A stretch of DNA of 56,684 nt, filler included, from Catajapyx aquilonaris (lineage: Eukaryota): the NCBI GenBank assembly GCA_000934665.2. It is 2 parts of 2 records of this genome, joined end to end, with 100 filler letters (N's around TTAATTAATTAA, not from the genome) between each part and the next. Parts side by side here need not be neighbours in the genome. Positions count along the whole stretch, not along the records: positions 1 to 28,309 come from JYFJ02004937.1; 1 more part is not named here. One strand, written 5' to 3'. Below, piece after piece: positions 8,733-21,400 of the stretch. The notes beneath the pieces were generated by a model. That model searched no databases. It saw only the letters and a list, made by a program, of their open reading frames with translations, and was not told where the DNA came from. The stretch's first letter is position 1, and each line of letters opens with the position of its first letter. Both the position numbers and the translations under genes were made by a program.

Positions 8733-10781
8733 AAATCCCGCTAGCGTATCATGTAGGAAATGTGAAAATAAAATGAGGTTTTCATGTCGATTTGCTGGTA
8801 ATCTATCAGGTATAAGCAACTTGGTGCTGCAGGATCGGCGGGTAGATGGATCCGGCGGTAAATGGGCCAGGGAGGTAGAAAAACTGTAGGTGGCGCAACA
8901 CTGCTCGCGGTATATCGGAGTGAAGACCCGCCGTTTTCCATATACCGCGACTGGTGCAACCGGCCCTAAAAAAAGTTAGACTCCATGGATTCAAACAAAT
9001 CCGCCGTTGAATTGTTATTAATCGGTTCCGTGACCTGACAAAAATTAAGAAATTCTAACATGCAAATTCAAGTAAGAAAATGACCTCATTGGACGAATTC
9101 GGGACTGTGATGCATCGGGTATTATTGCAACTTCATGTTCAAATGCCCCTTTGACATACTCGTATTACACACAGGGCAAGACATTACATATGGGGGGGGG
9201 GGGGGGNGGGACAATTTCTCGACCTTAAAGTGTTTCCAAGTACGCCATAATTCCGCGTAGTCATTATGGATTAGAAGTACCTCGTGCAATTTTATATCAG
9301 GGGTATTCTAATATGCAGCCTGCACGTAATGTGCAGTGTACGTCAGTGAGCATGTGCAATTTTTGTCGGCAGATAGCCAGTCACGCTCCAATGGAATGGT
9401 CGAAATTATACAGGGTGATCCGATTGTCCGTTTTAGTTAGCGATTTTTGCCACTAAACTGCGAATTTTATGGATTTACTTTTCAACTGTTATTTTCAGTG
9501 GTTGTCGTATTAGCTGCTGAAATTAGGCAGAATTGAACCCATCTATTCAAACCATGAATCGCAATTGCCGATTGGGATTTGGGAATCCCAATTGGACTAT
9601 TGCCATCGAATGCGTCTGTGACAGAGCCTAATAAATGTGATAACCACTAGAAGTAACGGTGAAAAAGGAACTGTTGTAGCCTACGTAAAATCAGCCGCTT
9701 CTTGATTTAAAAAATAGCAAACTGAAACGGGCATTTCAGTGGAATAACCCCGTATCTTTCAGAAGGGTTGCTGCGGTTCAGTAAAAATGATTTCATGTTG
9801 TGCAATATAATTAAAACATTGAGAATTAAATACCATAAGGGGAAATACGAAAAGTGACATTCAGCATTGGTAACAAACGACAATGGTGAAATGTTGTGCG
9901 CCAAATTTTTTCGCGCTGGATTAAAGCCATTTCCTATTGGTGGGCGTCATTCACTCTGGCAATTGCCATACATTTCGTGCAAATGTTTTCCCGCTACATA
10001 ATTATTCGCATTGCAGCACTTGCGGGGTGTACGGTAATTTTCTTGACAAGTGATAACGTCGCGGATTAAAAATGCATCACCCCCGCTTTCGTGAACAAAT
10101 GCGGTAATTAGCTATTAATTGCACTTTCCCCCTGGATGTCTTGATGCTTCCCGGAGTACGTATTTATAGAGGAAGTTTCAAAGTTTGCAGAAGTAATGTT
10201 TGTTATTGCTCCACTATGCTATTTTTTTAGTGCTGTACATGAAGGAGGCTGCAAAAAGGGATCTTACTACCCATGACGAGAGGTTTATTCATGTCTGATT
10301 ACTTGTACTGTAAGACCCTGCTGGCAATTTTCGCTTATATTAGGATTTATTTGGCGAATATCTATTACGTGCACGAATGCTTGCCAAATGATAAATGTAG
10401 AAAAAAATCTGCTTTAATAATAAGCGTGACTTTATAACTATTACGAAACATTTCTGAGGTTCAGACCTTGTAGTGCCCCATATCTATATTTAAAAGCCGG
10501 ATAAAAAAACAAGATTATGTTGTCGCAGGTCAAGAAGTGGACGCCATTCCGTCGGCACCACTGACACTCCTGTCATTAGATGCACTATCGTCGGACTTAA
10601 CACATGATGTGAAACAAAACCATGTACATATAGGGATGTAGGGCATAGGTCGCATAATGGTGACTTGCACTTGGCAAAGGTCCACCTCGGGGTGTACAAC
10701 CTTCATATGGTGGGAGATAATGTGCATTTCATCCAAGTCACTGGCTGTTCTTTCTTGGCAGCTGTCAACACACAGAGGAAC

Positions 10782-13700
10782 ATGGCAGGAACATCTCCCG
10801 TACCGATGGCCCCCTTGCCCCCGTCTAGGACCAGGAAGAGCTCAGAGAAGGAGGTGACAGATCTGATTCGGCCAGACTGGCCGAGTCGGTGCACTTGGCA
10901 TGCTGGTGCCAATCCTGGAACTTCCCCCCATTCCATGCAAGCAAGGTAGTATGACACTGTGTTTAGGCGTTGGAAAGATTCGTGTTAACCGCTGCATTTA
11001 CAGACCCAAGAATACCAAAGTGTTGGCTAACATTTTGTACCAGATTGGGAACACACCCATGGTAAAGGTGAACAACATTCCAAAGAGTTTTGGACTGAAA
11101 TGCGACGTCTGTAAGTAACTAACCATTGCCGACTAATATAGTGAGAATGTCTTGCATTGAGAGTGTGTTTTCAGTGGCAAAGTGCGAGTTCTTCAATGCT
11201 GGTGGCAGCGTGAAGGACAGGATTGCTATGAGGATGGTCGAAGATGCCGAAAAGAACAACATCATCAAACCAGGAGACGTTCTGATTGAACCTACTTCAG
11301 GAAACACCGGTAAAGACATGTAGCAAGATGGTTTGCGTATTTTATAGGATGGGCCTGATGCATAGTATGCTGTTGCAGGCATTGGACTGGCCCTGGCAGC
11401 TGCGGTTAAGGGCTACCGTTGCATTATTGTTATGCCTGAAAAGATGTCTAACGAAAAGGTGGACGTTCTGAAGGCTCTTGGGGCGGAAATTATTCGAACC
11501 CCAACTGCCGCTACATTTGACTCCCCAGAGAGCCACATATCTGTGGCCCAAAGACTCAACCGGGAGATTCCAAATTCAATCATTTTGGATCAGGTAAGGT
11601 GATCTATAAATAAGCCATCTTATACGTTATACCCCACTCCCTGTTTTCTTCCTTGTTGTTTGTTTGAGGGGCAAATTGCTGTGAGAGAAGTTACAGCTCT
11701 TTTTTTGTCTTTATGATTGATATTTTATGCTTATTTAGGGAAAGGAGTGCGGATTATGCTTACATACATTTCATTATTTCATAGCTGGTCATTTGTAACG
11801 ATTTACCTGTGTGAGTCATATCTCCCAATAGAAGAATCGCGTAATTTTTGGTGGGCCATTATCTCTATTAATTCTGTGGACATTATATACTGAACTTATT
11901 TTAAATCGTCCTTTAGTACCGGAACCCCTGCAATCCGTTGGCCCATTATGACACGACTGCTGAAGAAATACTGTATCAGTGCGAAGGAAGAGTGGACATG
12001 ATTGTTTGTGGTGCAGGCACTGGGGGCACTATCACTGGCCTCGGGAGAAAGCTGAAAGAAAAATGCCCTCAATGCAAAGTTGTGGCTGTGGACCCTGCTG
12101 GGTCAATCCTGGCTGATCCACAAGAACTTAACCAGAGTGACATCGCCTTTTATGAAGTGGAGGGCATTGGTTATGATTTTATTCCCACTGTTCTAGGTAG
12201 GCCTACAATACTTATTTCAGTTATTCCTTTTCTTTGTTTGCAAATTTTCCTCCTTGCTTTTATTTATAAGGAGAGACTGGGGCATTCCACTCAGAGTGCC
12301 TAGAAAAGGTAGTGGCATTTGATAATGGGGCGAAGCATCATGATTATGCTGTAGGGTCACATTAAGTGAACCAATAAGTAGTAGTAATGCCTAAGAGTAT
12401 CCAGTATTGGCTAATTTGGTTCATGTGCCCAACAGGAGTGCATTTATTACCTCTAATATAAACACTGCAATACATCCAGTAGAAATGTTCCTCCTATGTG
12501 AAGTTGAGAGGCCAAAAAGTTGAAGTACCCATGCCTTCCATTAATCAATTCTTTGCTCTTGAGCTGCTTATTTTCAAGAAGTTACTTTCAAGCTGCTCCT
12601 TTTGTAGGGGGCTATCAAAATATTAGCTGTTAACTACTAGGTAGGTTCGAAACAGGTGGATTTTCCTGGAAAGAAACAGGTGCACCCTTGACCCTCAGAT
12701 GACAATGGCTTCCAAAGGGATCATTCCCGATGCCTTACTCTCGGAAATTCACAGCAGTTTATGGCCGCCAGAATGGATAACTCTTTTAGTTCATTATTAA
12801 TGACCAGATAATTTTGATAGCATATGACAGTACCTGTTCACAGGTAATTTGCTTAATATAAGCAGCTTAGTGGCAAAAATAGCTAACTTAAATGCACAAT
12901 TAAATTAGAATACACTGCATATTACAATTTAGGGGAGCCCCTAAATTGTAATATGCAGTGTATCAGACAGTGAATCAATACATTACAGCCCTGTAATGTA
13001 TTGATTCACTGTCTGATTGCTCTATTTTATAAGCAGAATTTATATCAGCATCAGCACTTTGGAATGTGTGACCTGTTAGTGTCAAATAAACATCGAGTTG
13101 GTAGAGCAAGTGTCAATGATGTAAAAATTAAATTATTTCCAAAATTTTGACAGATCGTTCTGTGGTGGACAAGTGGTACAAGTCGTTTGACCGTGAGTCG
13201 TTGGTGATGGCCCGGAGGCTCATCCGAGAGGAAGGCCTTCTGTGCGGTGGCAGCAGTGGTGCTGCAATGTCAATTGCCATGGAAGCAGCGCGAGAACTTA
13301 AGGAAGGTCAAAAATGCGTAGTGATCCTTCCAGATGGGGTTCGAAATTACATGACCAAGTATCTCAGTGACCAGTGGATGATCGAGAGAGATTTTATGGA
13401 AGAGAAAGAGGCCATCCAGCACTGGTAATTCAGTTCATTTTGTAATTATATTTAATCAAGCAAGAGGATATGTAGGTGAATCTCGCTTGATCAGGCGTAC
13501 CTCTTTAACATGGGCAAAACTGCCCATGAAATAGGTTCAAGTATGCATAAACATGTTTTTTTTGTGTGTCAAGGTGGTGGAACTACAAGGTATCGGCCCT
13601 GAATCTCCAGGCACCTTTGACGGTTGTGCCTTCTGTGACTTGCCAAGAAACCATAGATCTCATGAGAAGGGAAGGATTTGACCAACTCCCTGTTATTGAT

Positions 13701-14219
13701 GATGCAGGGTAAGTTGCATTATCTTGATTATTGGACATTGTTCAGAACTTGAGCTCAACTGAGTCGTACCATCCCACAGCATTGTTCGTGGAGTAGTGAC
13801 TTTGGGATCCTTGATGTCTCGTTTGTTGAGCCACAAGCTAGAGCCATCATCTCCTGTAGAGAAAGCCCTGTATGGTCAGTTCAGGAAGATCACTTTGGAT
13901 ATGACTTTGGGAAAACTCTCGCACATTTTGGAGCGGGATCATTTTGCTCTGGTGGTCCACAGTCAGAAATTATGTAAGTTATTGACATCCATTTCAACAT
14001 TTTCCTCCACTGCAAGCTTAGTTTTACAGGGATTGCTATATTTCGGCAGTGACCCCTTTTGCAGATCTGAACAAAGACACTATTCAAGAGAGGGAGATCA
14101 TCATTGGCATGGTGACCCAGATCGACTTGCTCAAGTTTGTCACTGATGTGGAAAGCCCAGAGAGTACTGGAGGAGGGAGTTCTAAGGGCAGCCGACATCC
14201 CTCGGAGAGCTCAGATTAG
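10782..14219 (+). CDS. Cbs: Cystathionine beta-synthase (551 aa predicted, 9 coding exons)
   Basis: Exons 10782-10945, 11004-11110, 11175-11309, 11379-11593, 11917-12196, 13154-13424, 13574-13708, 13780-13973, 14065-14219; all GT-AG, phases consistent, total 1656 nt. Motifs: heme-binding [10 protein letters not shown]...SPH, PLP lysine [39 protein letters not shown], and a C-terminal CBS-domain pair ([16 protein letters not shown]). Confidence 0.96.
12910..13017. repeat. Two back-to-back perfect palindromes in CBS intron 5
   Basis: 12910-12963 has 26-bp arms around loop AG. 12962-13017 has 27-bp arms around loop CC. Both are mismatch-free. Confidence 0.9.
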
Positions 14220-14787
14220 CTACATCAGTCAGGATTATAACCTATGGATTTGTAATCATGTCATATTTAAATATTCAGCTGTCATTCCTCAAGGCATGCC
14301 AGTTATTTTTTTATGTAAGCTTGGCCAATTTCATATATTTAGATAACATTCCTTCATTTTTCTTGAGTGTCATATCCAGTACATTTCGTCACTTTTGGCA
14401 GGAAAAGAGGAAGTTATATTGATATGTAAACGGGTTTTTGAGGAAATGTGCAATTAAAGGTTTTTCAAAAACCATTAGTAGGATTATTTATTGCTTTCAC
14501 AGAGGAACAGCAAACATGTTACAAAGATACTCTACACTACTGTACACAATTTAAAATTATTATATACTGTACATCTGATTTATTTACAAATGGTCACGTG
14601 ATGACACACCATTCCGCAAGCCTTTTGTTATCAGGCATGGATGCTCATAAGTTATTTAAGGATGACCCTGACTCTCATAACTCACTGATGACTTTGAGAT
14701 GTGTCCTTCCAAACCCTTGCTTAAGGATAAGGTTAGATATGGACGATTGGCAAGAAGTGTACTTGAAGTGTGGCATTATTTTTTTCA

Positions 14788-14793
14788 AATAAA
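14788..14793 (+). terminator. Candidate CBS polyadenylation signal
   Basis: AATAAA 570 nt downstream of the stop; a second AATAAA is at 14981-14986. Confidence 0.5.
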
Positions 14794-15490
14794 CATTGCA
14801 TGTTTTCCACCTTGACCTCTTGGTCTAAGATGGGGAAGTACTTGACATTGCCATTGCACTTACTCTTGCAAAATAGCATGTGCGGCTAATGCCTTTTATT
14901 AGTAACTTAAGGCAGCATAATTATTTTCTAAGGCTTCCTGGCACAGGTTGGCAAGGACAACAGGATGATTAAAGATGCACAATAAAATTTTAACTTTGAT
15001 TAATATATGCAAAGTATATACATAAACATGCACTTGAAATAAGAATAGAACTTACCAGTAGGCAAGAAGAATTTTTGTCATTTGCATTTGAGATTATAGG
15101 TTACTCCTGCACAAATACAAGCAGGTGAGATTGCAATTCAGGAGTATGAACTGGAAGAAGTTAGGAAGATAACGAAATGTATTATCTGCACTCTTGATGA
15201 GATAATGTACAATCATTATGAAAATATTGCTAATAAAACTTCGCGTGATGCAATAACAACAAAGTTTCAATCTGAAAGATATCAAGTTCATCAGTGATAG
15301 GGAAAACCACGGTCTTGAACTCGCGCACATTGGAAGCAATAGGAAGGCATAAGTGTGGACACAACCATGATACACATCATAAGGTATCGCCCGCATCTGC
15401 ATATCTCCAAACTTCTCCGCTGCCTCTTTGCCAATTATTCCGCACGAGGCAAAAACGGACATTGAGGATGAAATTTTGGCACCAAAGTTC

Positions 15491-18400
15491 TCATAAACTT
15501 TTGGCATGCTGTTGCCTGGCGCTACCTTTGAGAGAAGGTGATGTTGATCTTGGGGGCTTCTCTGACTCTGAGTCTGCTTTGGGCAAACTTGTACTGGGGT
15601 CACCTTCATCAGGGACAGCCTCTAACGGAGAGGGTTTGATGGTAAACGTAACAAGGTACTTTTTGTCTTTGTCCAGCCTCTCAGTGGGCAAAGATATAAC
15701 TTGGGACCGTCCGGCACTGCCTCTCTTAACTTGCACCGTCAATGACTTGGTCACTTCTTCTTCAGTGTGACCTCTTCGATCGAGATGTCTATCCTGTTGG
15801 TCAATTCGAGGCAGAAATGGTTTACGGGTTGTAGTGCCAGGCTGCCTATTTGATGGGGCAGTGCGATGCCTTCCTACTGTCAGAAGAAATAGGCAATTAA
15901 TTCACGTGACATTGAATCAGCTAAGGGTTGGGTTACAAAATTACAATACGAAAAATGTTGGTGTGTGTGTAATTTTATCATATGCACCTAGATGGAACCT
16001 TCTGGGGTTCACAAGTGTTCCTACCCACTTTTATCAAACCTAGAAGTAATTTTTCTGACTATCTGATTCAGAGAATACTAGTGAAAGCACCAATGTTGTC
16101 AAACTCAAGCATTGGAGTAAATGGAGGAACTGGTAGTTAGTTTCTTACTGTAAGCAGCACAGGGTATCCCAGTATATGCATGTGCCGCATGATGGCAACG
16201 GTGAGTCTTGTGCGTGCATAATAAAGGTTGTAGAGGCGCTTCTTCAAGGTACCCATTGACCTCGGCAGCATTGTACTTTTTCAGAGCTTGGCTCAGCTTC
16301 TCCAGGTCATCACTAGGCTTGAACTTCGGGATGATTTTCCTGTTAGAGTTCTGGAGTATTCGAAGCTGATCTGCAATGCAATGAAATTTTTGTTTAACTC
16401 AATAAATTGCGAAACAACTGCAAAAACTGGCAGACATCATTGAAAAACCAGCAGTTATTGACTTCTTGTTACTACTGACCCTTTTTGATGTGGTGTAATT
16501 CTGACTCACCATAGAGGTATTTCTCAAACCCCCGGAAGGTGTAAGGTCCATCATACTGCCGAAGACCGACTATGAGGCCAGACTTTTTGTATCCATCGAC
16601 CAATCTCTTGACCAGCACCTGCTCATTAGATCTTCCGGCTCGGATTTGCAACCGCTTTAACTCCAGAAGTTCTTGGAAGATACGCCTCTCTAGGAAATAC
16701 CTGTAAATATATCACAGATAACTCCAGCTACCTGTCACATGTATAATATGTTATGTTGCACTATTATCTGTATACCAAAGTTCATTATTAGAAGATAATT
16801 ATTGCACTGGTTATAATAATGTACGCCGATGCACTTTGGCTGTAGAAGTAATCTAGTAGGCCGTGTCAAAGTCCAGCATCATACATTTCCGATTATGTTA
16901 TAATTATTGGTAATAATTACCATACTGGCTGGGTTTTTTTTAAATAGCGACTATTACACCGGTTAGGAATAGATCCCATTGAAGCTCACCGCGAGCCCAC
17001 CTACCTCTACCTAATTCTGAGGCATTGCATGATGGGAACTGCTTCAAAACTATTATTTTGCCCCCCTCTCTCTGAACGAGAACTAACCACGTTCCTTATT
17101 GATTCTACAGCCTTCCTTTCAGAAATTCGGGTCACGCCAGATTACTATTCCGACTGTAAGAGACATTCTCAAGGCGATGTTTGCACTCCTGCTACGCACA
17201 CGAGCCTCTAAAAGTGCATGTTATATTGGCTACTGCATTTCTAGAAAAAAAGAAGAAAAAAAAAATGTCTAGCACGTTACTATCATGCAGGATATTTTCC
17301 AATGACGTTGCGTACTTCTCGAACCCCGAGACGGTAGGTCGGCATTCCTGCTGTACAAATATCGTGAACATGTTCAGTCACATACTGTATAATGCACTGA
17401 CCTACATGATCGGAGCATTTTTAAAACCTTCAAACGTAGGACAAACATCAGAGATAGATTTCAGAGATATTTGTGGGAAAATGGCCTATGAATTTTTGAT
17501 GTGGTCTTGTCCCATTTTTGTCCACGTTCGGACGTGGTGTATTCAACCGCAGGATGATTGCTGTTGGATCGAATCGAAATCGAATTTTTGAAGAAATTTC
17601 TTTCAGCGTGTATCGTTTCGATATGTAATCTATGGTCTTCATCTTTCCCAGGTGACCTCTCACTTCCGTTGGTCCTGTTCGAAATTAAACGTGAACCAGG
17701 TCAAGGGGGAGTCTTTTTTAGCCATGCTGTTTTATTTTACGATTGCCTCCAATTAGTAAAATTAAATGCTGCCTTTAAATGGGTCAGTCAGATTGTGGCT
17801 TTTAAGGACAGAGTACAGTACATGCGCACAAGTGGTGTACACGTAGATGCATGCGATTGTTTTTTTTCGAGTTTGAAAAAAAAAAAAAAAACTCGCGTGT
17901 GCACTTTGCTCCATGCGATACTACTGGACCTTTAAAATAGGGGCACCTAAATATTGCTGATCTGCTTCGCACGTGCGTTTTGGCACACTACGGGTGTGAT
18001 TTATCGTCAAGTAGCAGGTTCGAGCGTGATATCTGCATATCGCCTGAAAGTTTCAAAGTTAGATAGCGACGTTGCCCTAATTAAAAAGTGACCTATTTGT
18101 ATGTGACCATTCTTGGCACCATTAGGCATGTATACAGTGTACGAGATGTTTCTATTAAGAATGATGCCACGGTCTGCCAAATCATGTCAGCCACATTCTG
18201 CATCGGGTACTGGAGATTCCGCACATGCCGTAGAGGATGGACTTGAAAATTATCATTAATTGCCCTACTACTCACTTCCTCATGCTGGTCTGCATGGCCT
18301 GTGTAACCGAGACTGCACTGGGTTTTTCTAAAGATCGAGGTCTGTCCTTTTGAACCGTGGAATTCTTGTTTTCTACTGTCAACAGACGCCCTCTTGACCT

Positions 18401-21400
18401 CTGTCTCCTGATGGCACCCGCCGTGGCTGTCCTCGTCTCGTCACTATCAGAGTCTGCTAAAACCGGGGCGTTGTTTCGGGCCCGTTTTCTGTCCTTCTTG
18501 ACTCCTCGTCTTCGGCCCGACACAATTGTTCCACTTCCATCGTCAGCATCTGCCGTCTCATCCGCTACATCCTGCCCTTCAGCCCCTTCTTCGTGGTCCT
18601 CTTCTTCATCATACACGTCTTCCCCCTCCTCCTCCTCTTCCTCGTCTTCTTCATATTCACCTTCTTTACCAAGGGCTGTATCACTAAACCCGGAGTCTTT
18701 CATTTGCACCGAACTTTCAGTTGCTCGGCTAGGAGCAGTGGTGGTAGTGGTTGACCCTTCTTCCCTAGTGGAGGGCCTGGGAATTCGACTGCCCTTTTTG
18801 TCCCCACCTCTGGGTGTCACTCCTGCTGCCCCCACCGCACTACCACTAGTCCTTCCGGTTTCCTCTTCCTCACCATCGTCGTACTCCTCCTCCACTTTGA
18901 GTCCACTTAAACTACTGCTCTTCCTCGCCTCGTCTTCCTGGTCCTCTGGAGGTTGCAGAGATGTGGATGAACCACATGTACACTGAGTAGGGGTCACTAG
19001 GGGAGGGTCAGGGGGCGCAGGTGCTGGAGGAGGTAAAGGGGATAGTTGGGATCCTGAAGGATCAAGGGCGCCTTCTGCTGGCTCCCGTGGGCCTGGTGGT
19101 TGCTGGCCTTGCTGCTGTTGATCTTGCTGTTGCTGTTGTTGCTGCTGTTGGTTGTCTGGAGACACTGCTGACGTCACTTCGGGGCTCACCATTAGGGTAT
19201 GACCCAGAAGGCTTGATGCCTGACTGCTCAGGCTGTCCGTCAGTGCTCTCAAAAGAAAGATGCAGTGAAACGTTAATCACCTGTACGTGTATGTAACTTA
19301 ATGTGCGCTATAAGAATCCTGCGTGACTTTAATTGCCGCCTGCAGGTGCACAAATAGAATACCTCAAGGCCTCTGCAGTGCCAAAGTTCAGTGAACTCTG
19401 CGTGTAGTATAATACCACCCTGGCTGCAAAAAGGTCAGCATTAGGCTCTAAAAGTAGCTTATTCCAGCCTTCTAATTTGCGAGAAAGCCTTCCTGCTGAG
19501 GCCTTGAAGGTTTCAGGTATTATCTTTACACTCCCTTACACCCACTGCGAAGAAAAAAAATCAATAGTTGTGTCCCCACGTTCAATATGGGTATAGGATT
19601 ATAAGAAGCCTGAACATCACTTGACAGCGTGCAATTTTCTACTGCTATTGCCCATGATCTTCACATGGCAAAGAGGACAGGTTTTTATCATGTCTTATAA
19701 TTCCGTACCTGTTGACAGGCTTCTGAAGGGAGGAGGAGCGGTCATTGAGTTTGCTAGCAGGCACTCCCCCATGCAGCTGCAAATATTTAGCACAACCTCG
19801 ATTGCCCCTGTAGAGGGCAGCGTCCAGCGGAGTCATCATATGGCCCTTGCTGTTTCGCATCACTGGATTCACTTGGGCCTCCATGTCCATCAAGATCTGC
19901 GGATGCAGCATAACACAATAACAGGAGATTTGAATATACCGGTAGTCCTGGCTCGACCTTCATTCTTACCTTGCACATTTCAACGTTATTGTTGATGGCA
20001 GATATGTGCAGTGGTGTGCGGCCGTCATTGTTTGCAGCGTTGATCACCTCCGGCCGGATGGACAGCAGCCATCGGACAAGCTCTTTCCTTCCCGATTGGA
20101 TGGCCTCGTGCAATGGAAGGTCACCCTTCACATTCCGCATCCAGAGATTGGCTCCATGCTTATGCAACAACTTGAGCGTTTCCAGCTGTCCCTTGGCTGC
20201 CCCACAATGTGCCGGACTGCAATGGAACATTGTCAGTACAGGGATATAAGTGTGGACACAGGGTACACTTACGTTCGACCTTTGCGGTCTTGTCGGTTTG
20301 GTTCGGCACCGTACGATAAAAGCAGCTGGGTGCAGTCAGCATGACCCAAGGTGACAGCGTAGAAAAGTGCTGTACATCCATTGCTGTCCAGGACATCCAC
20401 TTGCGCACCACACAGAGCGATGAGGGTCTCCAGGCAGTCAGTGTGACCTCTGCTGGCCGCACAGTGCAGAGCTGCCCATTTACATCGAAAACCTTCTTTT
20501 AATCTCTCCACCTTTCTGGTCCTTCATATTGACCTCTCCTAGCGCGCACCTCAACGGTACGCACCTCTTAATATGCTTACCTGTCAGGCCATCCTTGTCT
20601 TCTGCCTCCACATTGGCGCCGGCGTTCACCAGGGACAGTATAGCATCCGTACTCCCTACAACGTACATGCCATTTATAAAAGTTGTTGGCTCTCTTCAGA
20701 ATGTAAATATACCTGCACTAGCTGCCCAAAGGAGGGGTTGACGGCCGTCCTGGTCCGTGACGTTAACCTCTACCGACCGGCTCAACAGTTTTTTAAGAAC
20801 CAGGAGTCCCACTCGAGGATCGCCACCCATTTCTGAGTTGGGACCACACATTTGGGACGCATAATGTAGTGGATAAGCCCCGTGTAGGTCAGGTGTGGAG
20901 GGGTCAGCTCCAGCTTCCAGAAGGAGATCCAGAGCTTCCACTTCACCGCAAACTGGAAAAAAAAAATTCATATGTATACAGTGTCGACTTCATGGCGCCT
21001 TGTCTGGGGCCTTGGCATTTACAGCCAAGGGGGCGGTTGCCTAGCGATTAAGTTCAATGTTCGCATGAGACTTTGGGCTGCTTTTAAATCCACGCATATC
21101 TGATATGTCAGCAACGAACCAAATTGATACCGCGGGCTTTGGGAAGGGAGGTTTTTTTCCTTCCTGCTGCCCGTTGGCCATGACCTCAAAATGAGGGAAT
21201 CGAAGGACTGCATTTCCGATCACCGATTTTCGAAAACAGCCTAGTGTCCTCTTCTAATATTCCCGTATTGGTATCTAAAATCGATGGTTACCCGCACGCT
21301 TCCAATTAGAGACGTGCCTTACCTGGAAGACGGCATCAATTGTGCGTCACGCGATTCGAGTGGTAGAGTCGCTGTCCTCGAGACACTTCGACCTTCTATT

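Noticed and set aside
10529..10640. Possible extra upstream CBS coding exon after the acceptor at 10528
   Set aside because: No convincing donor or CBS similarity; it could be a 5'UTR exon but this cannot be supported.
14598..14670. C/D-box-like pair (GTGATGA...CTGA) or SECIS-like ATGA motifs in the CBS 3'UTR
   Set aside because: No terminal stem, not intronic, and CBS has no in-frame TGA.
18357..18986. 209-aa plus-strand ORF (and similar antisense ORFs such as 37573-38184 and 36783-37187)
   Set aside because: They are antisense shadows of real minus-strand exons.
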